Shown here: piece after piece, positions 41,676 to 52,355 of the stretch
Layout: every line of letters starts with the position of its first letter
How positions within the stretch are numbered: position 1 is the stretch's first letter
Assembly: GCA_017525475.1 (NCBI GenBank)
Contig: JAFXST010000089.1
Location: 1-61,730, forward strand
DNA length: 61,730 nucleotides
Reading direction: 5' to 3'
Source: Kiritimatiellia bacterium
GTDB taxonomy: Bacteria; Verrucomicrobiota; Kiritimatiellia; RFP12; UBA1067
Made by a program: the position numbers and the translations under genes
The notes under the pieces: model-generated
The model's input: the letters and a program-made list of their open reading frames with translations, nothing else
Told to the model about the DNA's origin: nothing
The model's database searches: none

Positions 41676-42289
41676 AAATCGAAGTATTGTTCGAGGATGA
41701 CGAGCTCTTGGCCGTCAACAAGCCGGCCGGGCTGTTGGTGCACCCCGCCCCCGGGCACGAAGGGGCCGAGACGCTGGCCGGGTGGTTTGCGCGGCGCTAC
41801 CCCCAAGCCCTGGCGGTCGGCTCGGCCGATCGCCCCGGCATCGTCCACCGGCTCGACCGGGATACCTCCGGCGTCATGGTGCTCGCCAAAACGCCATCGT
41901 CGTACCGCAAGCTCCGCCGGCTCTTCGAGGCGCACGAGCAAGTGCGCAAAGTCTACTTGGCCATCATGCACGGTACGCCCAAACCCCGCCAAGGCACCGT
42001 TACCGAGCCGATCAAAGGACGGCCGGCGGTTTCGCATTATCGCGTATTGGGCGCCCACGACGGCGTAAGTCTCGTGGAGTGGGTCATCGAAACCGGCCGC
42101 ACCCACCAGATCCGCATCCATGCCGCCAAACTCGGCCATCCGCTCGTCGGCGACACGCTTTACGGCAGCCGCCAAAAAGACCGTGCGCTCCGCCGCGCCC
42201 CCAAGCGCACCTTGCTCCATGCCGTGGCGCTGGAGTTCCCGGGCTATTCGTTCGCCGCCCGACCGCCTTTGGATATCGTGGAGGCTTGA
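41672..42289 (+). CDS. RluA-family pseudouridine synthase (no S4 domain)
   Basis: GTGA overlap with tsaB. Motifs LAVNKPAGLLVHP, HRLDRDTSGVMV (catalytic Asp) and GRTHQIRIH. Confidence 0.85.
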   Translation: MKIEVLFEDDELLAVNKPAGLLVHPAPGHEGAETLAGWFARRYPQALAVGSADRPGIVHRLDRDTSGVMVLAKTPSSYRKLRRLFEAHEQVRKVYLAIMHGTPKPRQGTVTEPIKGRPAVSHYRVLGAHDGVSLVEWVIETGRTHQIRIHAAKLGHPLVGDTLYGSRQKDRALRRAPKRTLLHAVALEFPGYSFAARPPLDIVEA

Positions 42290-42290
42290 C

Positions 42291-42734
42291 ATGAAAGCAT
42301 GGCTGCAGCGGGTAAGTTCGGCTTCGGTTTCGATTGGCGGCGAGCAGGTAAGCGCCATCGGCCGGGGGTATCTCGTGCTCCTCGGCATCACCCATACCGA
42401 CACCCCCGAAATCGCGCTCAAAATGGCCGCGCGCATCCCGGTGTTGCGCCTGTTCGAGGATGAAGGCGGCCACATGAACCGTTCGCTACAGGAGATAGGC
42501 GGGAGCGTCATCGTGGTAAGCCAGTTCACGCTCTATGCCGATACCGCCCGCGGACGCCGTCCCGGGTTTTCGGCGGCGGCCCCGGGCCCGGTGGCCGAGC
42601 CGCTCTACGAACTGGTGGCGGCGGAACTGAAGCGCATCCTCGGGCCCGATAAGGTGGGCACCGGGCGCTTCGGGGCGGATATGCAAGTTGCGCTCGTCAA
42701 CGACGGGCCGGTTTCGGTGGAGGTGGTGCTCTAA
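42291..42734 (+). CDS. dtd: D-aminoacyl-tRNA deacylase
   Basis: MKAWLQRV, VVSQFTLYAD, NDGPVS. Confidence 0.9.
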   Translation: MKAWLQRVSSASVSIGGEQVSAIGRGYLVLLGITHTDTPEIALKMAARIPVLRLFEDEGGHMNRSLQEIGGSVIVVSQFTLYADTARGRRPGFSAAAPGPVAEPLYELVAAELKRILGPDKVGTGRFGADMQVALVNDGPVSVEVVL

Positions 42735-43402
42735 TGCAAGTCAAGATCGAGCCCACCTGGGCGCAAGTGCTGCAACCGGAGTTCGACAGCCCCTACTTTG
42801 CGGAATTGGCCGGTTTCGTACGCACCGAATACGCCAAGGGCACGTGCTACCCGCCCGCCAAGTTCATTTTCGAAGCCTTCAACCGCACGCCGTTCGATAA
42901 GGTCAAGGTGGTGATCATCGGGCAAGACCCCTACCACGGGCCCAACCAGGCGCACGGGCTATGTTTTTCGGTGTTGCCGCCTACGCCCCCGCCGCCTTCG
43001 CTCGTCAACATCTACAAGGAGCTGGAGCGCGAATACGGCACCGCCATTCCCCGCTCGACCGGCGATCTTACCCGCTGGGCCGACCATGGCGTACTCTTGC
43101 TCAACGCCACCCTTACCGTGGCCGCCGCCCGCCCTATGAGCCATTCGGGGCGCGGCTGGGAACGCTTTACCGATGCCGTGGTCGCCGCCCTCAATAACCG
43201 GCGCGAACATCTGGTGTTCATCCTGTGGGGCGCGAGCGCCCAGAAGAAGGGGGTCAATATCGACCGCTCGCGCCATCTGGTATTGTCTTCGGCCCATCCC
43301 TCGCCCTTGTCGGCGCATCGCGGTTTTTTGGGCTGCGGCCACTTCCGCGCCGCCAACGACTACCTCGCCCGCCACGGACTTGCGCCGATTCCGTGGATTT
43401 AA
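42734..43402 (+). CDS. ung: Uracil-DNA glycosylase (family 1)
   Basis: GQDPYHGPNQAHGLCFSV, LLLN, HPSPLSA. Confidence 0.92.
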   Translation: MQVKIEPTWAQVLQPEFDSPYFAELAGFVRTEYAKGTCYPPAKFIFEAFNRTPFDKVKVVIIGQDPYHGPNQAHGLCFSVLPPTPPPPSLVNIYKELEREYGTAIPRSTGDLTRWADHGVLLLNATLTVAAARPMSHSGRGWERFTDAVVAALNNRREHLVFILWGASAQKKGVNIDRSRHLVLSSAHPSPLSAHRGFLGCGHFRAANDYLARHGLAPIPWI

Positions 43403-43425
43403 GTGGAATTCGCCGCAGTTTTTGC

Positions 43426-43454
43426 TTGATTTCCGGCGTGGAATATGGTATAAT
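43426..43454 (+). promoter_or_regulatory. Putative promoter of the mreB...murJ envelope operon
   Basis: TTGATT (43426-43431), a 17-nt spacer ending in TGG, then TATAAT (43449-43454) followed by A. It shares the 15-mer GAATATGGTATAATA with the promoters at 19824 and 22178. Confidence 0.6.
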
Positions 43455-43485
43455 ACTCCACAATAGGAAAAAAGGATAATTGTAT

Positions 43486-44520
43486 ATGCTAGACAAACTC
43501 AAAGGCATTTTTTCCATGGATATCGGTATCGACCTTGGCACCGCCAATTCGCTGGTGTACGCCAAGGATCGCGGCATCGTGCTGCGCGAACCGAGCGTGG
43601 TGGCCATCCAGGCCGGCTCCAAGCGGGTGCTGGCGGTGGGCGAGGACGCCAAAAACATGCTGGGCCGCACCCCGGGCAATATCGTGGCCATCCGCCCCAT
43701 GAAGTCGGGCGTGATCGCCGATTACGACATTACCGAGGCCATGCTCGGCTACTTCATCGGCAAGGTCAGCCCCAAGCGCATCTACTCGCGCTACTGCAAG
43801 CCGCGCGTGGTGATCGCGGTGCCGTCGGGCATCACCGAGGTGGAGAAGCGCGCCGTGGAGGACGCCGGCAAGGCGGCGGGCGCGGGCGAGGTGTTCCTTA
43901 TCGAAGAGCCTATGGCGGCGGCCATCGGCGTGGGACTGCCGGTGAGCGAACCTTCGGGCTCGATGATCGTGGATATCGGCGGCGGCACCTGCGAAGTGGC
44001 CATCATTTCGCTCGCGGGCATCGTGCACAGCTACAGCGCCCGGCAGGCCGGCGGCGACGCCATGGACAACTGCATCATCAACTACCTCAAGCGCGAATAC
44101 AACTTCGCCATCGGCGAGCGCACGGCGGAAATGATCAAGATCGACATCGGTTCGGCCTGCCCGCTCGAAGAGGAGCTGGAGATCGACGTGCGCGGCGTGG
44201 ATATCGTGCAGGGCTTGCCGTTCACCCGCAAGGTGACGAGCCAGGAGATCCGCGAAGCGCTCAAGGATCCGGTGCTGCAGATCGTGGCGGCCATCCGCTC
44301 CACGCTGGACAAGTGCGAACCGGAACTGGCGAGCGACCTGGTGGATCGCGGCATCGTGCTTTCGGGCGGCAGCAGCCAGCTGCGCGGCCTGGACCGGCTT
44401 ATCGCCCAGGAAACCCGTTTGCCGGTTACGTTGGCGGACGATCCGCTGTCGGCGGTGGCGGAAGGCACGGGCGCGATTTTGAACGAGCTCGACTTCCTTG
44501 CCCGCAACAAGAAAGCCTAA
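43486..44520 (+). CDS. mreB: Rod shape-determining protein MreB
   Basis: DIGIDLGTANSLVY and an actin-like ATPase fold throughout. ATG 43486 is preferred over TTG 43480. Confidence 0.93.
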   Translation: MLDKLKGIFSMDIGIDLGTANSLVYAKDRGIVLREPSVVAIQAGSKRVLAVGEDAKNMLGRTPGNIVAIRPMKSGVIADYDITEAMLGYFIGKVSPKRIYSRYCKPRVVIAVPSGITEVEKRAVEDAGKAAGAGEVFLIEEPMAAAIGVGLPVSEPSGSMIVDIGGGTCEVAIISLAGIVHSYSARQAGGDAMDNCIINYLKREYNFAIGERTAEMIKIDIGSACPLEEELEIDVRGVDIVQGLPFTRKVTSQEIREALKDPVLQIVAAIRSTLDKCEPELASDLVDRGIVLSGGSSQLRGLDRLIAQETRLPVTLADDPLSAVAEGTGAILNELDFLARNKKA

Positions 44521-45252
44521 TTGAAAAGCCGGTCGCTACGGACTTGGATCATGCTCGGCATCGCGGCCCTGGCGGTGGCGGTGCTGACTTTCCACCGGCC
44601 GTTGGCGCGCGAACTCACCTATCCGGTCAAGAAGTTCAAGGCGCTCGTCGCCGGCCGGTTCAAGGAGTCGGCGGAAGTTTCGCGCCTCAAGCGCGAAATC
44701 CAGACGCTGTCGCTGACAATCGCCGACATGGACCGGCTGGAGGCGGAAAACTCGCGTCTCCGGCGGGCGCTGGAATTCAAGGATCGCCAAAAAACGCGGT
44801 ATCTGGCGGCGTCCGTCTTGAGCCGCGGCGGCGCGGCGGTGGGGCACAACCACTTGGTGGCGGTGGACAAGGGGAGCCTGTCGGGCGTGCGCCCCGGCGC
44901 TTGCGTGATGGCGGTCGAGGGGCTGGTGGGCATAGTCGCGTCCACCAGTCTCCATACCAGCGAAATCGCGCTCTTGACCGACGATTCCGTCAAGGTTTCG
45001 GCCATGGTCGAGGGGCCGCAGGGCGACAACGGCTACGCCATCCTCGCGGGCGGCAACGAAGACGTTTTGCATTTGAAGTATTTGACCGGCAACGGCCAGT
45101 TGGCCGCATCGTCGCGCGTTTTGACATCGGGTCTCGGGGGAGTCTATCCCAAGGGGCTTGTGATTGGAACTTTGGTTTCGCGTGAGGGTGAGGTCCGGCC
45201 GGCAGTCGATTTCAGGGCGCTGGAGGAAGTTTTCATCCGCTGTGAAGAATGA
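44521..45252 (+). CDS. mreC: Rod shape-determining protein MreC
   Basis: N-terminal TM segment, coiled coil (LEAENSRLRRALEF), and a beta-barrel C-terminal domain. TTG 44521 is the track start; ATG 44551 is an alternative. Confidence 0.8.
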   Translation: MKSRSLRTWIMLGIAALAVAVLTFHRPLARELTYPVKKFKALVAGRFKESAEVSRLKREIQTLSLTIADMDRLEAENSRLRRALEFKDRQKTRYLAASVLSRGGAAVGHNHLVAVDKGSLSGVRPGACVMAVEGLVGIVASTSLHTSEIALLTDDSVKVSAMVEGPQGDNGYAILAGGNEDVLHLKYLTGNGQLAASSRVLTSGLGGVYPKGLVIGTLVSREGEVRPAVDFRALEEVFIRCEE

Positions 45253-45691
45253 TCTGACACGTCTGGTGCTGTCGGTGATGACGCTGGTGGCCGGCGCCGC
45301 CCTGGAGGAGCTTATGCCCAAATTCCTCGGGGTGGGATTCCCGGTGCTTTTGGCGTTGGCGATTCTGACGGCGCTTTGTTCTTCGCTGCCGGTGGCGATA
45401 ATCTATGCGGTGGGCGCGGCGGCCTTCGAGGATTCGCTCGGCAATCTGCCGTATCTGACGAGCGCCTTCTTCTTCTTGGGCGCGGCGGCCATGGCCCGGT
45501 GGTCGCGGCTGGGGCTCGCCACCATGCTGGTGGCCTATCCGTGCTACCAACTGTGGCTGGACATTTGGCTGCCGGATGCGCCGGGAGCGGTATTGTTGCG
45601 GTTTTTGTTTTCGGTGCCGGTCGGGATCTTGACCTCGCTCGTCGCCGGTTTGGCGTTCGTGCTCCTCGAACGGAAGGCGGCCATCGAATGA
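45242..45691 (+). CDS. mreD: Rod shape-determining protein MreD
   Basis: Small polytopic membrane protein between mreC and mrdA. GTG 45242 was chosen because it overlaps the mreC end; the start is uncertain. Confidence 0.65.
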   Translation: MKNDLTRLVLSVMTLVAGAALEELMPKFLGVGFPVLLALAILTALCSSLPVAIIYAVGAAAFEDSLGNLPYLTSAFFFLGAAAMARWSRLGLATMLVAYPCYQLWLDIWLPDAPGAVLLRFLFSVPVGILTSLVAGLAFVLLERKAAIE

Positions 45692-47409
45692 CGAGCCTCG
45701 TGTCGATGGCGATTTTCGTGATCGGGTTCCTCGTGTTGGGGGTGAACCTCAAACATGTGCAGATCGACGGTTCGGCCAACTACAGCTACGCCAACGCCCG
45801 CCAGTCGGTGAGGCGGGTATCCACCGCCGCGCCGCGCGGCTCCATCTACGATCGCAAGGGCCGGCTCCTCGCCGGCAACCGCCCGAGCATCGCCATCACG
45901 CTCAATCCGGCGCAGTTCCAGCGCCGCACCTGGGAGCAGACGGAAGCGGCCATTTCCAACGCCATTTGGCATGTGGCGGCGGTGGTGGGCCGGGAGCCGC
46001 AACTTACGGAGCGGCAATTGAAGCGCCATATCCGCCAGTCGCTGGCGATGCCGCTTCCGGTGTGGCGCGATGTGGATTTCGGCGAGCTGTCTCGCTTTGC
46101 CGAGCACGAGCGCGAGTTTGCCGGTTTCGGCGTGGAGGATACGGAAGAGCGCATCTATCCTTGCGGCAGCGTGGCGGCGCATCTGATCGGCTACGTGGGA
46201 CGCGCGGAAGTGGAGCGGTCTTCGGGCGACACCAAGTTCAATTTCGCCAACCGCGAACTGCGCGGCCGCAGCGGACTCGAGCACTATTACGACAGCTATT
46301 TGCGCGGGGTCGGCGGCGAAAAGAATCTGGTGGTCGACGCGCGCGGATTCGCACACGGCGAAACGGTGGTCAAGGAGCCGCTTAGGGGCTTGGATCTCAA
46401 GCTCAATATCGATTTGGACATCCAGAAGCTGGTGGAGAAGGAACTCCAGGGTTGCACCGGCGCCTGCGTGGTGATGGATCCGCGGGACGGCGAAGTGCTG
46501 GCGTTCGCTTCGGCGCCCGGCTACAATCTGCAGGAGTTCGTGCCGGTATTGAGCAACGAACTCTACGACCGCCTGTCCGGCGACCGGCGCAAGCCCTTGC
46601 TCAACCGGGCGTCGGGCGGGGCGTATGCGCCCGGCTCGACTTTCAAGCCGGTCACGGCGCTGGCGGCGCTGAACGAAGGCATCCCGGACAGTCTCACGTA
46701 CGAGTGCACCGGGGTGTACGAAATCGGCGAAATGAAGCTCAGGTGCGCAAGGCGCTGGGGGCACGGGCCGGAAAACCTGCGCACCGCCTTGCGCAACAGC
46801 TGCAATCCCTATTTCTGCAATTTGGCGATGGAAGCGGGGACTAATGCGCTGGTGTCGGCGGCGAGGGCGCTGGGGCTCGGGCAGAAGACGGGGATCGACT
46901 TTGGCGTGGATATGGCGGGGGTGGTGCCCGACGACGAGTGGAAGCGCCGCCAGTACGGATGCGGCTGGTATGTCGGCGATCTCGCGCAGATGAGCATCGG
47001 GCAGTCGATGTTGCTGGTTTCGCCGCTGCAGATGGCGCGGCTCGCCGGGGCCATCGGCACCGGCTACCTGGCCGTGCCGCGGCTCAAGGCCGGCGAACAT
47101 GCCGAGCTTAAACCGCTGCCGTTCCGCGAAGAGCATCTCCGGGCGGTGCGGGAAGGCATGGAACTGGTGACGAGCGCCGGCAGCGCCCGCAGCGCCTGCG
47201 AAGGCGTGGCGGTGAAGGTGGCAGGCAAAACCGGCACCGCCGAAGTCGGTACGGGGGCCAACCGGCGCAACAACACCTGGTTTATCGCCTATGCCCCGGC
47301 CGACCGGCCGACTGTAGCCATCGCCATGGTGATCGAGCGCGGCGAATCGGGCGGCAGCACCACGGCGCCGAAAGTCGGCAATATTCTGCGAGGTATCTTC
47401 AATGGCTAG
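45688..47409 (+). CDS. mrdA: Penicillin-binding protein 2 (elongasome transpeptidase)
   Basis: ATGA overlap with mreD. Motifs SxxK (PGSTFKP), SxN (RNSCNPY) and KTGT (AGKTGTAE). Confidence 0.9.
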   Translation: MTSLVSMAIFVIGFLVLGVNLKHVQIDGSANYSYANARQSVRRVSTAAPRGSIYDRKGRLLAGNRPSIAITLNPAQFQRRTWEQTEAAISNAIWHVAAVVGREPQLTERQLKRHIRQSLAMPLPVWRDVDFGELSRFAEHEREFAGFGVEDTEERIYPCGSVAAHLIGYVGRAEVERSSGDTKFNFANRELRGRSGLEHYYDSYLRGVGGEKNLVVDARGFAHGETVVKEPLRGLDLKLNIDLDIQKLVEKELQGCTGACVVMDPRDGEVLAFASAPGYNLQEFVPVLSNELYDRLSGDRRKPLLNRASGGAYAPGSTFKPVTALAALNEGIPDSLTYECTGVYEIGEMKLRCARRWGHGPENLRTALRNSCNPYFCNLAMEAGTNALVSAARALGLGQKTGIDFGVDMAGVVPDDEWKRRQYGCGWYVGDLAQMSIGQSMLLVSPLQMARLAGAIGTGYLAVPRLKAGEHAELKPLPFREEHLRAVREGMELVTSAGSARSACEGVAVKVAGKTGTAEVGTGANRRNNTWFIAYAPADRPTVAIAMVIERGESGGSTTAPKVGNILRGIFNG

Positions 47410-48553
47410 ATACCTGCGCAACTTCAACTACCTGATGTTTCTGGCGATGGTGGCGCTGATCGCCATCGGCACCGTCGCCATCTGGTCGGCCGGCAACGCC
47501 CGCGCCGAGGCGGTGTTCCACGGCATGTGGAAGCAGACTTTGACCACCGCCGTTTTCGGACTCGCGGTCTATTTGGCGCTGAGCGCCATCGATTACCGCA
47601 AGGTTTTGGACTATGCCTCGCCGTTCGCCTATGCCTTGGCGCTGACGATGCTGGTGGCGGTGCTGGTGTTCGGATCCAAGATCTACGGCGGGCGGCGGTG
47701 GCTGTGGTTTTTCCAGCCGAGCGAGGTGAGCAAGCTGTGCATCATCATGTTCCTCGCGTCGTTTGCGCGGCCGCTCAGGCAGTTGGGCTTTGCCGGGTTT
47801 TTGCTGACCGGGGCGATAGTGGGCGTGCCGCTGCTACTTATCCTGGCCGAGCCGGATCTCGGTACGGCGCTTACGCTGGTGCCGGCGGTAATCGCCATGA
47901 TGTTCGCCGCGCGCATCTGGCGCAAGGGGTTGCTGGCGGTGCTGGCCGTGATCGCGGCCGTGGCGACGGCCGTGCTCTGCCTGGTGTACGAAGCCGAGAA
48001 GCCGGGCGTCCCGCCGGCGCGCCGCGCCGCCGTGCTCCAGTGGGTGCCGCTTAAAGAGCACCAGGTAAAGCGGGTAAAGGTTTTCCTGTTCCCCGAGGAG
48101 GATATTCTCGGGGCGGGCTACAATTTGCGGCAGGCCAAGATTTCGATCGGCTCGGGCGGATTCTCCGGCAAGGGGATCGGCAAGGGCGAAACGAATCACC
48201 TCAAATACCTGCCGCAGGCGATTTCGATGAACGACTTCATCTTCTGCGTATATGCGGAAGAGACGGGATTCGTCGGGTCTTTGGCGCTGCTGGCGCTGTT
48301 CGGGATGCTGGTCGTCCCGGGGGCGTGGGTGGCATTCACTTCAAACGATGAACGCGGCGAATGCCTGGCTATCGGGGTGAGCATGCTCGTCTTCGCGCAT
48401 GTCTACATCAACATCGCCATGAGTATCGGACTGTTGCCGATAACGGGGCTGCCGTTGCCGTTCATATCCTCGGGTCGTACGTTTTTGGTAACGGTAATGG
48501 CGGCGCTGGGGATGGTACAAAGCGTGTCAATACACAGAGAGGAAGCAAAATGA
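47402..48553 (+). CDS. rodA: Peptidoglycan glycosyltransferase RodA (SEDS family)
   Basis: FtsW/RodA/SpoVE-type polytopic protein directly after mrdA. C-terminal GLLPITGLPLPFISSGRT. Confidence 0.9.
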   Translation: MARYLRNFNYLMFLAMVALIAIGTVAIWSAGNARAEAVFHGMWKQTLTTAVFGLAVYLALSAIDYRKVLDYASPFAYALALTMLVAVLVFGSKIYGGRRWLWFFQPSEVSKLCIIMFLASFARPLRQLGFAGFLLTGAIVGVPLLLILAEPDLGTALTLVPAVIAMMFAARIWRKGLLAVLAVIAAVATAVLCLVYEAEKPGVPPARRAAVLQWVPLKEHQVKRVKVFLFPEEDILGAGYNLRQAKISIGSGGFSGKGIGKGETNHLKYLPQAISMNDFIFCVYAEETGFVGSLALLALFGMLVVPGAWVAFTSNDERGECLAIGVSMLVFAHVYINIAMSIGLLPITGLPLPFISSGRTFLVTVMAALGMVQSVSIHREEAK

Positions 48554-50133
48554 ATCTGTTCGGATGGCTTAAGCGCTCGTCGATGAAGCGCGAAATCATC
48601 ATCAATGTGGAGGAGCTGGAAACGCGGGTGGCGGTAGTCGAAAACGGCCGGCTGGAGGAATTCATGGTCGAGCACGACGAAGACGAACGGCTGGTGGGCA
48701 GCGTCTTCAAGGGCCGCATCCAGAATCTCGAGCACGATCTGCAGGCGGCGTTCGTGGATATCGGGCTCAAGAAAAACGCGTTTCTGCACTACTGGGACAT
48801 GGTGCCGGACGTGGATGCGCTGATGGACGACGACGACGATTCCCGGCGCGGCGGCAAGCCGCGGCAGAAGCAGAACCGGCTTTCCAACGACGAGATCGAA
48901 AAGCGCTTCCCGCCCGGCAGCGAGATCATCGTGCAGGTCACCAAGGGTCCCATTTCCACCAAGGGGCCGCGGATTACCGCCAACCTTTCGATTCCCGGGC
49001 GGTATCTGGTGATGATGCCGGGCACCAAGGTGCGCGGCGTGTCCAAGAAAATCGGCGACGCCAAGGAGCGGCAGCGCCTCAAGAAAATCCTCGACCGGTT
49101 GCCGCTGCCGGAGAACGTCGGTCTCGTGGTGCGCACGGTGGGGCAGGGCGCGAGCGCCAAGGCCTTTGCGCACGACTTGCGCAATCTGCTCAGCGTCTGG
49201 AACGAGATGCAGGGCAACATCAAGAACCTGCGCACGCCTTGCTGCATCTTCCAGGAGCCCAACCTGTGCGAGCGTGTGGTGCGCGATTGGCTGACCGAGG
49301 ACGTGGACGCCATCATCATCGACGACGAGCAGAGCTTCGAGGAGATGCGCGACGTGTGCGCCCGGATTTCGCGCCGGGCGCGGAGCAAGATCCACCGGTT
49401 CGAGGGGATGACGGGCATCTTCGACCACTACGGGCTCGAACGCCAGTTGCATGACGCGTTTGCGCGCCAGGTGCCGCTCAAGTCCGGCGGCTATCTCGTG
49501 ATCGACGAGACCGAGGCCTTGATCGCCGTCGACGTCAACACCGGTCACCACAAGGGCACCGGCAGCCAGGAGGAGGCCATCCTCAACGTGAATCTGGAGG
49601 CGGTGGAGGAGGTGGCCCGGCAGCTTCGGCTGAGGAATATCGGCGGGCTGGTGATTCTCGATCTCATCGACATGAAGTCGCGCAAGCACCAGAACCAGGT
49701 GGTCAAGGCGCTCAAGAACGCCCTGCGTCGCGACCGTGCGCGCACCAACGTGCTCAATATCTCGGAGCTCGGGCTCCTCGAAATGAGCCGTCAGCGCCAG
49801 GAGGAATCGATTCTTTCCATGCTCACGTCCACTTGTCCTTACTGCCAGGGACGCGGGGTGGTGAAATCGCCGTTGGCGATTTCGATCGAGATCCAGCGGC
49901 GGCTCAAGAGCTTGCTGCGCAAGGCCGAGGCCGACCGCAAGCCGTTCGAGCCCAAGATCGTGATCGCGCCGCAGGTGATGCATCGCCTGCGCACGGAAGA
50001 CGGCGAGATCCTCGCCCGGCTCCAGAAGAGTTTCAACACCCGCCTCACTTTCGTTTCGGAGTTGCACCGCCACCCCGAAGCGTTTGCCATCCTCGACGCC
50101 AGCACCTCGCAAGTACTGTACTCCCAGCTATGA
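48550..50133 (+). CDS. rng: Ribonuclease G / Rne-Rng family endoribonuclease
   Basis: ATGA overlap with rodA. S1 domain (GSVFKGRIQNLEHDLQAAFVDIG), the DNase-I-like/RNase E catalytic core, and the CPxCxGxG zinc link (CPYCQGRG). Confidence 0.85.
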   Translation: MNLFGWLKRSSMKREIIINVEELETRVAVVENGRLEEFMVEHDEDERLVGSVFKGRIQNLEHDLQAAFVDIGLKKNAFLHYWDMVPDVDALMDDDDDSRRGGKPRQKQNRLSNDEIEKRFPPGSEIIVQVTKGPISTKGPRITANLSIPGRYLVMMPGTKVRGVSKKIGDAKERQRLKKILDRLPLPENVGLVVRTVGQGASAKAFAHDLRNLLSVWNEMQGNIKNLRTPCCIFQEPNLCERVVRDWLTEDVDAIIIDDEQSFEEMRDVCARISRRARSKIHRFEGMTGIFDHYGLERQLHDAFARQVPLKSGGYLVIDETEALIAVDVNTGHHKGTGSQEEAILNVNLEAVEEVARQLRLRNIGGLVILDLIDMKSRKHQNQVVKALKNALRRDRARTNVLNISELGLLEMSRQRQEESILSMLTSTCPYCQGRGVVKSPLAISIEIQRRLKSLLRKAEADRKPFEPKIVIAPQVMHRLRTEDGEILARLQKSFNTRLTFVSELHRHPEAFAILDASTSQVLYSQL

Positions 50134-52343
50134 AAAACCCGATAATCGCCGCTTCATTGGCTTTGGCCGCGCTTCAGTTGCCGGCCATGGATCTTTCGCT
50201 GGGCAACCTCAAGGTCACCGCCGACGAGATTGCCGCCGACACGCGCTCCGAGTCGTTTACGGCCTCGGGGCGGGTGGATGTGGTCGCAAGGCCGTACCGG
50301 CTGCTGTCGGACGCGGTCATCAAGGAGGGCGACCGGACCGATTTTACCGACCCTACGACCGTTACCACCTGCACCAACGAACTCGACCATCTCCACTGGA
50401 GCATGACGGGCGAAGTCGTCTACAAGGACGGCGACTACATTATCGGCCGCAACCAGACCTTGAGGATGTTCGGTTTGCCGGTCTTGTGGCTGCCGTACTG
50501 GTACTACCCGATCGACGATGTCTACGGGCTAAGGATCATGCCCGGTCATGCCAGCCGCTGGGGCGTCTACTTGCTGTCCAAATACGTGTACCATCTGGCG
50601 GGCGACCCTTCGGGCGCGCCCGGAACGTACGGGCTCAAGGCCGCCACCAGGGTGGATTTGCGGAGCAAGAACGGGGTGGGCGCCGGGCAGTCGCTCAGGT
50701 GGCGGCTCGGCGACTACGGCAAGGGCTATATCAAGGGCTACTATATCCAGGATCACGATCTCGAGCGCTATCGGCGATACTCGACGAACTCCAAATACTG
50801 GAACTACGGCAACTGGGAGAGTGCCGTCGACCGCGACCGTTACGTCGCCGAATTCGGCCATCGGCTGGAGCCCACCGAACGCGATACCGTACGCATCATG
50901 GCTGGCGTAACCAGCGATTCGTCGTTCAGAAAAGACTTTCTCCGCAGTTCGCTCTTCACGCTCGACAATCCGTACCATGCCGGAGCCAGCAACGAGCTTG
51001 CTTGGGAGCATAACGAAAACGGCTGGGGCATGGGCATTAGCGTAGCGGGGAGGCTCAATGATTTCTACGCGGTAACCGATCGGTTGCCCGAATATTACAT
51101 CGATGTCAACCCCAGACCGGTTATGGATACCGGCATCAACTACGAGTCGCAGACGCGCATTGGCTATTTGCGGCGCGAATCGCAACGCAACGGCAGCGGC
51201 GCGGTGTCGGCCTTCAGTTACGTTCCGGGTTATTGGGCCAACTACGGCACTTTCCGCCTGGACTCCTATCATCGCCTCACCTATCCGATGAAATTCTGGG
51301 ACGTGCTCAGCGCCGTGCCGCGTCTCGCCTACCGCGGCACCTACTACGGCGATTCCGGTTACGAGCATACCGAGACGGGCTACATGGGCAAGGCCGGTTC
51401 CACCGGCGATGGCGTGCTTAGGTCGATTTTCGAAAGCGGCGTAACCTTTTCGGCGCGCGGCACCGCCTGGATCGACGACAGGTGGCAGAGCGTGGTCGAG
51501 CCGTATTTCGACGTGCTCGCCCAGGAGGCCGCCTTCAGCGGGCTCGGCAGCGGCAAGCGCATCTATGTGTTCGACAATCTCGATGCCTCGCGAGAGTGGC
51601 TCGACCAGTTCGCCGGCCGTAGCCGCAATCTGCCGTATTCCTACTACGGCGTCACTCCCGGCGTGCGCAAGCTGTTCCGCCAGGTCGACGATCGCGGCAA
51701 CCTGCGCACGGTTTTCGATTTCGACCTCTACGCGGCGATGCAATTCGGCGCCACCAGGTGGCATGGCACCGACAAGGCCCACCGGCTTGCGAGGAACGGC
51801 AAGCCCAACTACGGGAATGACGATTTCACCGCGGTGCCGGGCATGCGGATGCGTTGGATGCCTTCCGAGACCGATATGCTGGGCATGTGGCTCGAGTACG
51901 ATACCGACAACCACACTTTGGCCATGGCCGACGTGGAATGGCGCAGCGCCGTTTCCAGACGAGCCAGCTACTTCGTGCGCTTCTCGCGGCGCAACTACCG
52001 TTGGTGGGACTATGCCTCCACGCCAAAGCGCAGGAACATGCTGAACGAAAATTTCAACATGGTGCATTTCAGCACCGTTACGCTCGGATGGGAACAGGAA
52101 CTTATCGCCGATACCATCTACGCCAGCCCCGTAGCCAGTTGGGATTTGTACGACCATGGGATCGCGTATGTGGGCGGTTGGCTCGACTATCGCACCGATT
52201 GCCTCGGTTTCAGATTGATGATGAGCCATGTGCACGAGTACAAGCGCCTCGACGGGTCTTATTACAAGAACGACTGGAACGTCAGCTTCCTCATCTACCT
52301 GACGGCGATGGGCGCCGACATGGCGGATATGTTCGACCTCTAA
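50130..52343 (+). CDS. lptD: LPS-assembly outer-membrane protein LptD (OstA family)
   Basis: ATGA overlap with rng. Signal peptide, an OstA-like N-terminal beta-jellyroll, a large Tyr/Trp/Gly-rich beta-barrel region, and PVLWLPYWYYPI. Confidence 0.65.
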   Translation: MKNPIIAASLALAALQLPAMDLSLGNLKVTADEIAADTRSESFTASGRVDVVARPYRLLSDAVIKEGDRTDFTDPTTVTTCTNELDHLHWSMTGEVVYKDGDYIIGRNQTLRMFGLPVLWLPYWYYPIDDVYGLRIMPGHASRWGVYLLSKYVYHLAGDPSGAPGTYGLKAATRVDLRSKNGVGAGQSLRWRLGDYGKGYIKGYYIQDHDLERYRRYSTNSKYWNYGNWESAVDRDRYVAEFGHRLEPTERDTVRIMAGVTSDSSFRKDFLRSSLFTLDNPYHAGASNELAWEHNENGWGMGISVAGRLNDFYAVTDRLPEYYIDVNPRPVMDTGINYESQTRIGYLRRESQRNGSGAVSAFSYVPGYWANYGTFRLDSYHRLTYPMKFWDVLSAVPRLAYRGTYYGDSGYEHTETGYMGKAGSTGDGVLRSIFESGVTFSARGTAWIDDRWQSVVEPYFDVLAQEAAFSGLGSGKRIYVFDNLDASREWLDQFAGRSRNLPYSYYGVTPGVRKLFRQVDDRGNLRTVFDFDLYAAMQFGATRWHGTDKAHRLARNGKPNYGNDDFTAVPGMRMRWMPSETDMLGMWLEYDTDNHTLAMADVEWRSAVSRRASYFVRFSRRNYRWWDYASTPKRRNMLNENFNMVHFSTVTLGWEQELIADTIYASPVASWDLYDHGIAYVGGWLDYRTDCLGFRLMMSHVHEYKRLDGSYYKNDWNVSFLIYLTAMGADMADMFDL

Positions 52344-52355
52344 GGCTTTCATCCC